A DNA stretch of 63,588 bases, filler included, from Hyphochytrium catenoides (lineage: Eukaryota; Protista; Hyphochytriomycota), in the NCBI GenBank assembly GCA_900088475.1. It is 5 parts of 5 records of this genome, joined end to end, with 100 filler letters (N's around TTAATTAATTAA, not from the genome) between each part and the next. Parts side by side here need not be neighbours in the genome. Positions count along the whole stretch, not along the records: positions 11,351 to 37,351 come from FLMG01003652.1; 4 more parts are not named here. One strand, 5' to 3'. Under the pieces are notes generated by a model. It was not told where the DNA came from. It saw only the letters and a list, made by a program, of their open reading frames with translations, and did no database searches. Both the position numbers and the translations under genes were made by a program. Below are positions 24,488 to 36,106 of the stretch, piece after piece (position 1 is the first letter of the stretch; each line of letters opens with the position of its first letter).

Positions 24488-25358
24488 ATGCCACCAAAGA
24501 AGAAGGGAGGCAAAGGTGACAAAGGTCAGCTCCCCTACAAATATCCGGAGGAAGTAGTACCTGACCCTTTGGTATGCCAGATGATAGCAAGCAAGATGGG
24601 GACCCCATGTCCCCGGAGGAGCAGGTGGCAATGTACCAAACACAAGTTAAAGCACTGCAAGTCCAGCTAGGTTGGCCCATTATATCTTCTGCTACTTCTA
24701 TCGCGATCTGAACCTCACCTAATTTATCTTAAAACCTTAACAAAACCTTTCTCAGCTGAACGCCAGGAAGAATGCTCAAGAGCACTGGCAGCGAAGCGCG
24801 AAATGCAGCAGCGAATGCGTGACCTAGAGGCAGACTTTGAGCAGGAGAAAGAAAACACTCTTATGATCACGAAAGACATGACCAGACAATACAAGAGCAT
24901 GCAGGAGCAGCTGCTAGACAGAGTAAATGCCCTTGAGAACACCATAGCTGAGCTCAAGGACAATCTAGGTATATGTAAAGAGAAGTTTGCAATAGATCTA
25001 CTGGTCACCATCTTATACATCCCCATAGAAATATCTAAAAAGCAGCTGGAGGACTCCAAGCTAGACAAGGAGAGGGCCATAGCAGCGAAGGAGAAGGAAA
25101 TTGCGGCATGCAAGAAAAAGATGGATGAAATGGCGAGGGAGTTCTCTTCAATGCTTCAGGTCAGTCTCCAGTCTTTGTTATTTGCCTCTACATAGTGATC
25201 CGCCTAGAACTAGGGCTAACAGCGATGCGTTTCTAACCCTGAAGGACACTTTGGACCGCATGTGCGAGAAGATTGAGGTTACGAACCACAGCTTCGAGCG
25301 GGAGACCGGAGTGGCCACGCTGGGCCGCTTAGAAGAGTTCAATATTGCGGCTAAATAA
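24488..25358 (+). CDS. CCDC153: CCDC153/DRC12-like coiled-coil protein (flagellar dynein regulatory complex), 5 exons
   Basis: MPPKKKGGKG start, KDMTRQYKSMQEQL motif, MDEMAREFSSMLQ|DTLDRM; ~195-aa coiled coil. Confidence 0.75.
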
Positions 25359-25510
25359 ATGATTAAAAATTCTGAATGTCAGCTGTGCGTGTTCACAGCA
25401 ATATGCAGACAACTGTGGCATAAATTCCCCTCAGCCATTCTCCGGGCGAAGAGAAAGGAGGTTGACAGCACTCATGACTGAGGGGTAAAGAAAGAAGAGA
25501 GATAACGCCA

Positions 25511-26953
25511 CTAGTCACATTTCCCTTTGCAAGAGCAAGTTTCAGGACATCTGCACACCCCTCCGAAGACCGTGCAGCATCCATTGGCCAACTTGCCTCC
25601 ACGAGAGCTACAATCCTCCGTCACTACCTTAAGCAAGAACTTCCAGTCAATTGAGCTTTCACCAACCACGACAACATCCTGTTCTTCGTCCACAAAAGTG
25701 TCGTGGCTTGCTTGAGAGAATACGGTCGGCTGCTGCATTGGTCCGCCTCGGCCACCGCAGCAGCCTGCGGTAGACTTGCTGACTGTGGCAGGAAGATTCC
25801 AAGGATCACTATGTTCATTCGAGCTCGGCTTCTCAGTGGTGCAGCAAGAGGCTACAGACCCGTCGTATGACAGGGATTGGGCCGCAGCGGTCGTTTGACC
25901 CGTACTGGGCAAAGAGCAACAAGAGGCTAGAGGTAGTACAGGATGGGAGAAAGACGGCGGTTGGCCCTCAGAAAGAAAGGAGTGGCTCTGCTTGGTCGGA
26001 GTCAGTTTCTGGCAACAGGAAGCCGGTGGGGTAGTGAGTTCGAATAAGTCATGGAGCTTGGAGGGTACTCCTCCCGAAGCCACAGTATGATGGCTAGTCT
26101 TGAGAACTTCAGGAAGCGCCTCAGGTACACTTGATTGGGAGCAGCAAGACGTAGCGGCAATCAATGTATTTAGGCCTTCAACGCGAACAGGCACGTGAGA
26201 GCCAAACTTTGTGTCTTCATAGGTGTAGCAAAGCTGTGTCCTCAGATTTGAGGGCGCCTCAGACAAAGACCCTGGCATAAATCCTGCGGTGCCGTGAGAT
26301 ATGCTTGACTCTGGAGACGTAGAGTTCAGAGGAGGAGGTGCAGCAGGGGAGGACGAATGCGCTTGACAGAAAGGAGAGTCGGAAAGTGGTACCCTTCTGC
26401 ACTTTGGCGCTTCACAGAGCTGTCGCTTGCCATGTCTCAGGCAAAATCCAGGCTTTCCTTGGCTGCTCCGGGTGCAGCCGGGGACTGCGCAGCGCTTGCC
26501 GCCTCCATGAGCACGGCAGTAACCTCCGCCTTGGCTGTTAGTAGTGCAGCCTTGGTACGAGCACTTCTTTCCTCCCCCATGCGCTGTACAGAAACCGCCC
26601 CCTACGTCTGCTTTGTTACAATCCGCCGCCGAGCACCGTTTTCCACCCCCATGCTTTCGACAGAACCCGCCCCCTGCGTCCACCTTGTCACAGCCTTCAG
26701 GATAGGAGCACTTGCTGCCGCCTCCATGACCTCTGCAGTAGTTGCCCTTTTGCGCTCCTTTCGTGCAGGAGGGAAACATGCACTTCCTTCCTCCTCCATG
26801 GCTTACACATTTCCCGCCTCCGGCATCAATCTTGGCGCATTCGTCGACTTTACACTTCCTCCGCTGCTTCTTATGTGGCATTACCGTCGTCTCTCCCTGC
26901 GTAAGCAGCTGGGAGTCTGTCCAGGTAGCTATGGTATCCATATACATTGGCAA
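25511..26953 (-). CDS. WRKY19-like C3H zinc-finger repeat protein with Cys-rich (metallothionein-like) C-terminus
   Basis: About seven C-x4/5-C-x~9-C-x2-H(GGG) repeats preceded by basic KKQRRK; six CC doublets and terminal CCTVFGGVCRCPETCSCKGKCD. Confidence 0.88.
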   Translation of the reverse strand: MPMYMDTIATWTDSQLLTQGETTVMPHKKQRRKCKVDECAKIDAGGGKCVSHGGGRKCMFPSCTKGAQKGNYCRGHGGGSKCSYPEGCDKVDAGGGFCRKHGGGKRCSAADCNKADVGGGFCTAHGGGKKCSYQGCTTNSQGGGYCRAHGGGKRCAVPGCTRSSQGKPGFCLRHGKRQLCEAPKCRRVPLSDSPFCQAHSSSPAAPPPLNSTSPESSISHGTAGFMPGSLSEAPSNLRTQLCYTYEDTKFGSHVPVRVEGLNTLIAATSCCSQSSVPEALPEVLKTSHHTVASGGVPSKLHDLFELTTPPASCCQKLTPTKQSHSFLSEGQPPSFSHPVLPLASCCSLPSTGQTTAAAQSLSYDGSVASCCTTEKPSSNEHSDPWNLPATVSKSTAGCCGGRGGPMQQPTVFSQASHDTFVDEEQDVVVVGESSIDWKFLLKVVTEDCSSRGGKLANGCCTVFGGVCRCPETCSCKGKCD

Positions 26954-29900
26954 TTGGAGGCGGTGGGTTCATCAGACCTCACCCTGCGATCTTGGTGGTG
27001 CAAGAATGCATCTGTGGCTGAACACTTGAGCTCTATTTACTGCAGAGTCGAAGGAATAAACGCAGATGATGATATAATACTGAAGGGCGAAGAAGAAGCT
27101 GAATGGACGGTGAGGAGTAACAAGAGATCAGAATATCAGCGAAGAAGAGAGTGGACCGATCTCTTTCCCCTACTCTGGGGCAGCAGAAGAGGAAACGATT
27201 GCTGGCCAAAGCAGTTCTCGCCAAGCCTTCTAAGAGATAAGGGAAAAGTGCCTTCTCGGAAGCTTGGAAGCACCTGCAAAGCCGTTGTTCTCAGCGCTGT
27301 TTCTATGACGACAAGCTTCCCTGCTCCTGTCATGGTGCTGAACAGCTCCTTCCTCCTGCATCTCTCACCTCACTGATGAGCTGATGGGTTGTGCTGTCGC
27401 CGACGATAAATATCTCTTTTGCGCTCGTTTTCTCAGCTTGTAACTTGCTAAATAGGCGTTATGATCATCTCGTTTGTCTCTGTCTCCCGTTCTTCAACCA
27501 GCAAGTACCAAAGCACCTACTCTTTCAATAATCTGGTTTTGACGGTGGGTGGATCTGTAAAAACACATTCTGATCGTATTGCGTAGGCACAGAATGGAGG
27601 CAGGATGGGTGGGCCTTGTTTAGCTCCAGGAGGAGCTCTGGCTTTAGTTTGGTGAATGGTGTCTGCAGAATGCAGAACGTGCACTCTGGCTCTCTCAGAG
27701 TTTCAGCTCCAGCTCTGTCCGCCCCTCCGCACCCCAGACCCGACGGAGATCATAAGCAGAGACAGACTGCAGTGAGGAGGAACAGGACGGACATCAGCGC
27801 TTTGTAGGAAGTGTTTCACAGCAGAAGATAGTGTAGCAGTGAGAAGCAACTAATGTTTGAAGCTCGAGGGAGAACAACAAGAGCGTCAGTTTTTATTGGG
27901 ACATGAGAGATCTGGCTTTTGGATGGAGCCTCATTGTGCCTTTCTTGAAGAACCAGAGAGAACAGACAGAGGAGTGTGCCAGAAAGCAGCAAAGAGATTG
28001 GAAAGTAGTTGTTGATGGTTAACGGAGGACAAAGGGAATAGCTTGTTCATGGATGGGCGGACTTTATGATAAGACTGGCATTGCGCTGTGAGTTGCAATG
28101 AAACCTACTGCTGGGTGTAGGTAGTGGACTTATTGAAGATTCATATTGTTGCAAAAGGCTTTGAAACTCTTCTTTTCTACATATGAACTTGGAACGGGTG
28201 CTCCTTCTACTCTATGAAGGTGTACCAAATATTTCAGGTCGCGCCTTTCCGTGGTAGAAAGCTTCTTACCTATCACGTGTCGCCGTGGGACTATATCATG
28301 ACTACTGGTGCGTCATCATCTCCACTACTTCAACGCGATCGTGCTGTTTCCACCAAATAACGGATAATCAATAATTCATATCGTGTGACTGTTGGCTCTG
28401 CAGGTGGAAGCAGAACTAGACTCGGGATGGGATGAGAACTCTACCTCACGCCACCATAGGGAATTTTACAGCCGCTTCTGCAAATTTGCAATCTACCATT
28501 CAATAGTTGTGATCGATCGAAGAAGCCGATAGCCATTGGCCGCACAGCCGTCGTAGACTTAAAGTGTCATCTATACGTTTCATAGCCTGAGTGATGAGTA
28601 TTATTTCTACTATCTTTTGTGAAGCAGCGCAAACGAAGATGATACCAGAAGAGGGACGTTGCAGACATTGCTACGTTCAGCGGGAGCTATGGGCAATCCT
28701 GCTACTACTTGACTCCCTGGACCATATGTGATTGCTCGCTGTCTTGTCTCTATCATTGAAGGTAATGAATAAGTGCTCCATCTACTAATGATATCCGTTG
28801 AAGAAGAAGCTGTAAGAAGTAGGAGTCTAGAGGCTATTCTAAAAAGATGAGGGTCAGATGATGTTGGTCGGCGGGACGCCTGGGGCACCACGGCGGGCGG
28901 GTGCGTGCATCCTTTTTATATATCTCAGTCTACAATGTACGACGAGGCTCATCAGTAAGTGAGAAGAGAGCATCGCGAGCGAGCTTGGTGAGAAAAGCGC
29001 AAGCATCGAGTGGGGATTGTTCAGTCAACGATGAGGGTGAGTCATCTTCATCTCATTCATTTTATGAGACACTTAGTAATTGTCTATTATCATTGCGGCG
29101 GTATCGGATAATATTGAAGCGGGGAGAGAGCAGTTCCTGCAACAACAAGACGGCAACACCATCCTGCGTTCAATAATAGTAAGGCACTGCTGCGCGGCCT
29201 TGTTTTTCTTTATTTGACTCCTTTCGGTACCGCAACTTGGGCTCCTCATCTTCTCATCCCCCTTTCCCGCCAAATGATCCTGAGCACTAGGTCGTTATGG
29301 GCCTTGTTGGTTGTTACTCCAGTACGGAGTATTATTTATGAACTCTTAATTGTGAATAGCAACCGGAGAAAACATTACTTGTGCATACCATAGAACTGGA
29401 CTCGAGTCGTTAGTATCAGGGTATCCTACTCGACGTGTGCTCCTTCTCATTTATGAGACCCATGGTTGAGCGCTGATTGGGCAGCGGGCCTTACACTATT
29501 GTCGCACAGTCAACAATTGGAGGGGTGGTGCGTCATCCTTCAGCTTGATGGGGCAAGGAGATACCTGCTTCTTCCAAGGCAAGGAGATACCTGTTTCCAC
29601 AGAAGGGAAGGAGTCTGTAGAAACGTCATGGCTCATGGCTCTTACTACGCCTGCTGTAGCCATAGAGGCAAGAAGAGCATGCTTTATTCTCCTCCTATGG
29701 CTTCTCAGTATGTACATAAACAATAATCTTGTAGTGCCAGATGCCATCCATGTTGTCGTCTTCTCCGGTCCAAGAAGTGGGCGTCAAAACGACTCCTATC
29801 TTTGAGCAGTCTTGCCTGTGACTCAGACCACTAGCTAGACTGCGTAGTACTTAGCTGATGCGCGGATGATGATGAGAGAAGAGATAGTAGTAGGAGTAGA

Positions 29901-32276
29901 ACACTACGGATACTGCACATGTGGTAGGCAGGAGGAAAGAGGTTGCCACCAGCAGTGAGGGTGTATAGTGATACTACCGACGAGATACTTCAGGGCTGTC
30001 TTCCACAAGCAGGGAAGGGCTTACGCCCTGGCTGAACAGCAGCTAGTTGAGGGAGTAAATGCTGCAAGGAGAGGCGACCCTTCGTGGTCTCTCTCCTTGC
30101 ATCTTATATTCTCGACTGGTCTTAGCTCCAACGAATACAAGGAAAACCCACTGCCGCCCACAGCCTGTCACGATACAGCGTCTAGTAAGGAGCAAGGTGG
30201 TTCCAACCCCACGTCTTGTCTTAGGGTTAGGGTTAGCACTTCCTTTCTCTTGTTTACTCTCATTCTGGCTGTGTGCTCCGCATCTGGAGACAGACTAGCT
30301 TGTTGCTAACGATGACCCGACCTTGGGAATACGAAGAAGGTAAAGAGGAAAAGTCATAAGAGCTAGCAACCAACAGGTTCTCCCCAAGGCATGTAGGCCT
30401 GTCCATTTCTCTGCTCTCCGTCATCACGATGCATAATCCCAGAAGTACACGTAGAAGTTGTCTCGGCATGTGATTGATCTCCCTCCGCTTAACAAGTAGA
30501 GGAGGGAGAGGGACTGCACACAATCGATACCTTATGATCTAGGACAAACCTCACAACTTCTCAAGGCCTCCTCGTAGTTAGGCACTCAATCTCCACTGGA
30601 GCCTAGAACCTGTGTAGGAAAAGGAAGAAAGGACAGCAAAGGGTCGTAGAAGCCATTATCATCATCGGCCGTCTCTTCTCCCGAGGAGGTGTTGAGAGAA
30701 CTCATGGCGCAACTCTTAAGGATGACTAGATTTGCTAGGTAATAATGCCGGGCTACTAGCATAGGATGGCTTAGCTGAGCATAGTAGTAGCCTCCCTCAG
30801 TAGGTGTCATGGAGCACGCTGTTTGTGCACAGGCAGGTCGATCTGAGGCTGAGATGAAGTTAGCCATCCTTCACCTTCAAGTACCTTGCTCGGCTCCCCA
30901 TGATAGTTCTTAGAGCAAGAGAGAAAGAGAGTAAGAGAGGGGAGAGAGAGAGAGCACAAAAGAAGAAGAGAAGACAGTATGAGGCTTGGAAGAAGCGTGA
31001 AGAAGAGAAAGTTACCTTTCGTTCGTTGAGATACACGTCGCGTCAGCGGTGACTGGTTGTTAGACTAATAATAAGACAGATATTGGAGTGAGATGCATGA
31101 AGATTGAGGATACGAAGGAGAAAAGGGAAGAGGAAGAGCGAGAAAGACACGGAGAGACGATGGAAGAGAAAGAACGAGGAGGAGGAAAATAGACAGCGAA
31201 TCACAGCCAGAAAGCCTGTTCGATGCTCCTATTCTCACAGAGGAAGGCTCTCCAGATCCATGACCTGTATCTTTTGTGGAAACATTCACACAGGTGGACC
31301 GTAAGATAGACGGGGAAGATTTCATATATTTCAATACTTACGGCTGAAGTTTATTTTTATCTAGGAACTGCTCTTCAAGGATTCTGGTGTTGTACCTGCG
31401 TGGTGGAGATTGTGCGCTGTCTATTTTTCCATAGATAAGGTCTGTAGAGCGTGAGATCTCTAAGACAGAGCTTGATGATTCCAACCTCTATCCAAGGTTA
31501 CGCTCTCTTTTCTTCTGTCTGTTGGCGCTCTGTCTCGTAAGAAAGAAATTGCTATGTACAAAGAGAAGAATTATTCAACACATGATAAAGGGCAAAGGAA
31601 ATGAAAGGGCTAAATCCAATAAATTTCGACGGAGTATTGTGTCTCTATTCCTCTTCTCTTTTCCTCCACTACAGCCATTCTATTAGGCCAGGGAGCACTC
31701 TGTCTCGGGAAATTTATGAAAGCTTTGCCGGTCCATAGCTTTTACGGTATTCGTAATCTCTTACAGATGATTGCAGTCAGCCTCAAGATGAAGATCCCAC
31801 AGAAAATCTTTAAGAGAGAAACAGAGCAGAAGGAAGGAAGGTAGAGGACGTGGGGACGAAGGATGGGTGGGCACGGTCTCCTACACCCCCCCACCGCAAG
31901 GTAGGGGGTGAGAACCAGTACTCTAAGATCTGCAGTTATAGGAGGACGGCAGGCCAAACAACAGCAGCTCACTGACACACACTCATCTAGCACCATAGGT
32001 AGTAACAGCAAACGCACCTTGTAGCCAAGCTCAGTAGGTCTACCGCGATATGTGTCTCCTTCCCTCCTCCATTAGCACAGCGTCTGGTACCCAGCGGCGA
32101 AAGCGAGATATCTCACAGCTAAAGTTGCTGGAAGTGAGCAAGGCGTAGCGCTGCGATTCGCTCCTTACCTCCGCGACCCCGCGCGCTCACTAAGGCTTTC
32201 TCCTTTGGGTGGAGGTGACTGCTCCAAGTAGAAGACTCTGCCCTCCTCGCACAACCTAGCGGAGTGCCGGGAAGCA

Positions 32277-33633
32277 ATGATGGGGGATCTCTGCTGCACG
32301 GAGAGTCTGGACGCTGACTTCGACATGGAAGAGGAGCTGCACAATCCTCATCGGCCAAGGCCACCTCATGACTTCCCTCCTATGGATCTGGATGAAGTGC
32401 ACGACAGAATCAAAGTTATGGCCTCAAGGTCCCAGATGTGTCTTCCCGACCCACAATACATCGAAGTCTGCCAACGAGGCAATGGAATGACTCCGGAATG
32501 GAGACGCAAAATCTGGACGTATTTATTGGAGGTAACGATCTGCTTCTGATGCCATAGAATAGCGGCAAAAAACTGACTCTGGATATCTCTCACAGGTCAC
32601 GCTTGACTTCAGCTACACTGTTGAAACAGCAGCAGCAGCTATCAACCTAGTTGACCGATATCTCTCCAAGGTTCCTTGCAGTAAGGTGGTGGTCCAGCTG
32701 GCCTCAATTGCAGCCCTCCTTATAGCGTCCAAGGCGAGGGAATCTCGTCCTATGCAGCTGGTAAGTCAAACTGATAGCCTTTCATCGCCATAGGCAGTCA
32801 AACTAACCCTCTCTCTACTTGCTACCAGCTTCAGTTAGAGTCATACTGCGAATACGTCTTCAGTGCTGCAGATATCAAGGCCATGGAATTGGACATGATC
32901 TCAACGCTATCTTGGGACCTGAATTCAATACTTCCGCAGGAATTTCTCCACCATTTTATGTACCTTCTTCCTGCTTCGATGGACCCAACGCGCTGTAGGG
33001 AATACGGAGAAACAGTTCTAGAGTACATTCTCGGCGGTAGGTCACACTTTATTGTACCGTCGGCCAGAGCTCATTAACTTACTCGGGCATTCCTGTACAG
33101 ACTATTCATTTTTGCGGTATTCGGCGCCAGTTGTAGCTGCGTCAAGCATCCTTACCACTGTGAGTCTGATCTCCAGGACCCAAATCGAGAAAGCTAATAG
33201 CGAAAAGGAAATCTACGCCATTCTAGCTGACCTCGGCTTTGACATGAAGGCCATACGCCAATGCAGTCTTAATGTCAACGACTTTCTTGGGAGGGAATAC
33301 CGCGATTTTCTCGAGGGGTTCGTTCAGCTCAGGGCTGAGAGTCCAACCTCTGTCACGGCTATCTTGGCGCGTGATTTCGAGGTCATCACGGACATCAAGT
33401 CTACATTTGACAGCCCTCGTGCATTTACGGAGAAGTTTGTTGAGAGGTGTGATGCTGGTCCACCAAAGGTGGTTTTTCCTACACCTCTGTCCGACGCAAA
33501 GGTATCGTGTGCAAAGATCTCTGAGATCTTGACATCGACACCCTTGCAAAAGGGCCACCACCGTTCCCCATGTACTGTCACCGACGTGCAGCTTCCGCCT
33601 ACGAAGCGCATGCGACATGCGGCGACGGTCTGA
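32277..33633 (+). CDS. D-type-like cyclin with N-terminal LxCxE motif, 4 exons
   Basis: MMGDLCCTE; cyclin box MTPEWRRKIWTYLLE|...AINLVDRYLS...QLASIAALLIASK; MELDMISTLSWDL; C-tail with SP/TP sites and PTKRMRH. Confidence 0.9.
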
Positions 33634-34085
33634 GCCCAGTTAGGTAATAGTGTTGCTTGTGAATATTTATTGAGCTAGAGTAGCAGCCGATCACCCAGGC
33701 GTGAGTGTGCTACTACTGGCAGACTCTTCGATGTTGACCTTGTCGTCTATCAGAGCTTTTTTAGGCTTAATCTTCCAATACAATCCAAAACACCTTTAGA
33801 AAAGAAGAAACCCTTAAGAGGAGTGAACTTGTAGCGCTTTCCTTTTTATAAATATTCGCGTAGCGCGTACAATCCCAGAACACCGGGTCTGTAAGGACTT
33901 TCCGTCAGTGAGCGGTACTGTTAGGATCAAAGACTTGGGCTCCTTTTGGCCTTAGATTGCACCTTTTCCGTCGTGGTGCACCCTGAGAAAGTGGCGCCAG
34001 CATAAGTGTCCAGTTTACGGCAAAGATTCGTCATCCGCACCTCCATCATCCCATCACCAGTGGTCACCCCTGCCCTACCCCTCTC

Positions 34086-34122
34086 AGCCAATCAGAAGCC
34101 AGCTCCTTTGGCCTTGTCCAAT
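34086..34122 (+). promoter_or_regulatory. Tandem CCAAT boxes (NF-Y-like) upstream of the DUF72 gene
   Basis: AGCCAATCAG (strong NF-Y consensus) at 34086 and a second CCAAT 30 bp downstream. Confidence 0.35.
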
Positions 34123-34663
34123 GGGAAGTGAGAATGGGTTTGGTCAAGAGATCTTTGTTGTACATTCTTGCTCAGTAATCAGCGAATATATCACTTTATG
34201 ATCTACATGTTGAAGTTGAAAATAGAAGAAGTGGAACCACCTCGAGTTCGGACCTTTCTGATTTGGAACGGACAAATGTCCTGGGGGAGACTTGAGTTGG
34301 GCGAACACAGAAGGCAAAAGAGGCGATCTTTTTGCAGTCTGTTGAGTTCACACAGCTTGGAGCCTCAATGTTCTGCTGTTTGCTGTGCAGTGATCGCCAG
34401 ATAATCAATCCTAGGCGCTATTGCAAACGAAAGCGTCTCAGAAAAGTTCCACCAGATTACCGAGCGGGGCAGATTACGCCGAAAGAGACTGAGATGCTTG
34501 GGCAAACTGGCGATCTACGTAGGATTGGATGTACAGGATCAGCAGATACTCAAGCTTAAAAGTGAGATTGCGTAAGTCGCTAGAGAGTGTAGCATTTAGC
34601 CCAGGGGCCTCTCCCATTGCTTCATCCTTCCCGCTTTACAAGTGTGACTCGTATCCGTCGGCA

Positions 34664-36106
34664 ATGGTCACTCAAACAAGATCTAGAGCGCAGAGTGGGA
34701 GCGCAACTGCCAAGTTGTTTGGTCCAACTGCTTCATCAACAACCCCAAAGTTCTCCGCATATGCTATGAAGACCGCTAGTGGCACGGTTACCGACATGCC
34801 CTCCTCCAGAAATAAAAAGCGGAAAAGCTCTGCCGTTGCCATTCATGATGAAGCATCGCGACGAATGTCGCAAAAGGGAGTAGTCTCACAATGTGGTCCA
34901 CCCGTGCTAGAACCAAGGAAGAAGATGCTAAAGACTGACAGTAAACCGGATTCCGTGACACGACCGACTAAGAGTAAGCCAGAGGCGGCCCGTGGCAGAA
35001 AGAAGGGCTCACAATTCAAGATGGAGGGTGGCAAGAAGCAGCTTTTTGCGCGCAGAGTCCGTTGCTATGGGAATGACTTAGTTCGTTTAGGTGCTAGTGG
35101 GTACACCTACTCACACTGGCGGCACAGTTTCTATGGAGAGAAGAAGAACATGAAGAATCCTCTTGAATATTATGGCATGGAATTCGATGCGGTCGAGCTC
35201 AACACCACCTTCTATAGGGTACCCGACGTAAAGATGTGGCTAGGGTGGAGAGAGCAAGCGTCCAAACTGCGACCATCCTTTATATTTGCTGTCAAGGCGC
35301 ATCAGTTTTTCACCCACATGAAGCGCTTGAAAGTGGATGAACAGTTCAAGGAGCGGTGGGCGGTCTTCTGGGAGCGATGTCAGCTGCTAGGGCCGCATTT
35401 GGGACCGGTGCTTTTCCAATTGCCACCGACTGCCATGTACTCGCTGGAGCGTCTGCAGGCCCTGGCTGCACTACTGCCTCCAGAGGGTCGTTTTGCCTTT
35501 GAATTCCGGCATCGTAGCTGGTTTTGTCTGGAGTGCATGGAGTTCATCAAGAAGCAAAACTGGTGCATGGCGATGATACATGTCACAGCAACTCCTGAGA
35601 AGCAGTGGGTCAAGTCTTTATCCAACGGCTGGCATCCAGATGTGTCCATTTATGAGGGCTGCGATTGGGGTGCATATATCAGGCTCCATGGTACTAAGGG
35701 TCAGTATATTGGCCGCTACACAGAAGCCGATATTGAGTTATTAGCTGATCGAATTAGCCGTTGGACTAGTCCTTCCAGCACGAGAAAGACAGTTTACGTG
35801 ATGTGCAACAATACGGATGATGGGGACCCTCCCAGTGCTATTGCTGATCTCAGAGCTCTGGCAGAAGCTCTGCGCCGGAGAAAAATCCTCAGGTCACCGA
35901 GTTCAATAGAGAGCGGCCCCCAGGAAGTAAAACGAGACGAGGGTCATGTGTCCCTAAAGACCGAGCCAACGGCAGAAGATTCAAAGGTTAAGGTGAAGCC
36001 AACCAAAAATGCCCCATCTAGTTCTGCATCATCAGGGCAGCAAGTTGAGCGCTTGGTCGTCGTCAAGACAGAGGTTATAGGTGGGGCCCTTCCCCCAGAA
36101 AGTTGA
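34664..36106 (+). CDS. DUF72 (YecE-like TIM-barrel) protein with basic N-terminal extension, single exon (ORF open from 34529)
   Basis: LGASGYTYSHW, FDAVELNTTFYRVP, FAVKAHQFFTH, LGPVLFQLPP, FAFEFRHRSWF, YIRLHG, VYVMCNN. Confidence 0.92.
   Translation: MVTQTRSRAQSGSATAKLFGPTASSTTPKFSAYAMKTASGTVTDMPSSRNKKRKSSAVAIHDEASRRMSQKGVVSQCGPPVLEPRKKMLKTDSKPDSVTRPTKSKPEAARGRKKGSQFKMEGGKKQLFARRVRCYGNDLVRLGASGYTYSHWRHSFYGEKKNMKNPLEYYGMEFDAVELNTTFYRVPDVKMWLGWREQASKLRPSFIFAVKAHQFFTHMKRLKVDEQFKERWAVFWERCQLLGPHLGPVLFQLPPTAMYSLERLQALAALLPPEGRFAFEFRHRSWFCLECMEFIKKQNWCMAMIHVTATPEKQWVKSLSNGWHPDVSIYEGCDWGAYIRLHGTKGQYIGRYTEADIELLADRISRWTSPSSTRKTVYVMCNNTDDGDPPSAIADLRALAEALRRRKILRSPSSIESGPQEVKRDEGHVSLKTEPTAEDSKVKVKPTKNAPSSSASSGQQVERLVVVKTEVIGGALPPES

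Noticed and set aside
26357-27376. 339-aa + strand ORF
   Set aside because: Largely the antisense shadow of the ZnF gene; no domain features.
28100-28170. LKIHIVAKGF resembling copia KARLVAKGF
   Set aside because: Single weak motif without correctly spaced flanking RT motifs.
30221-30236. TTAGGG x2.7 telomere-like stretch (also CCCTAACCCTA at ~60601)
   Set aside because: Too short to separate from chance or telo-box motifs; not at a contig end.
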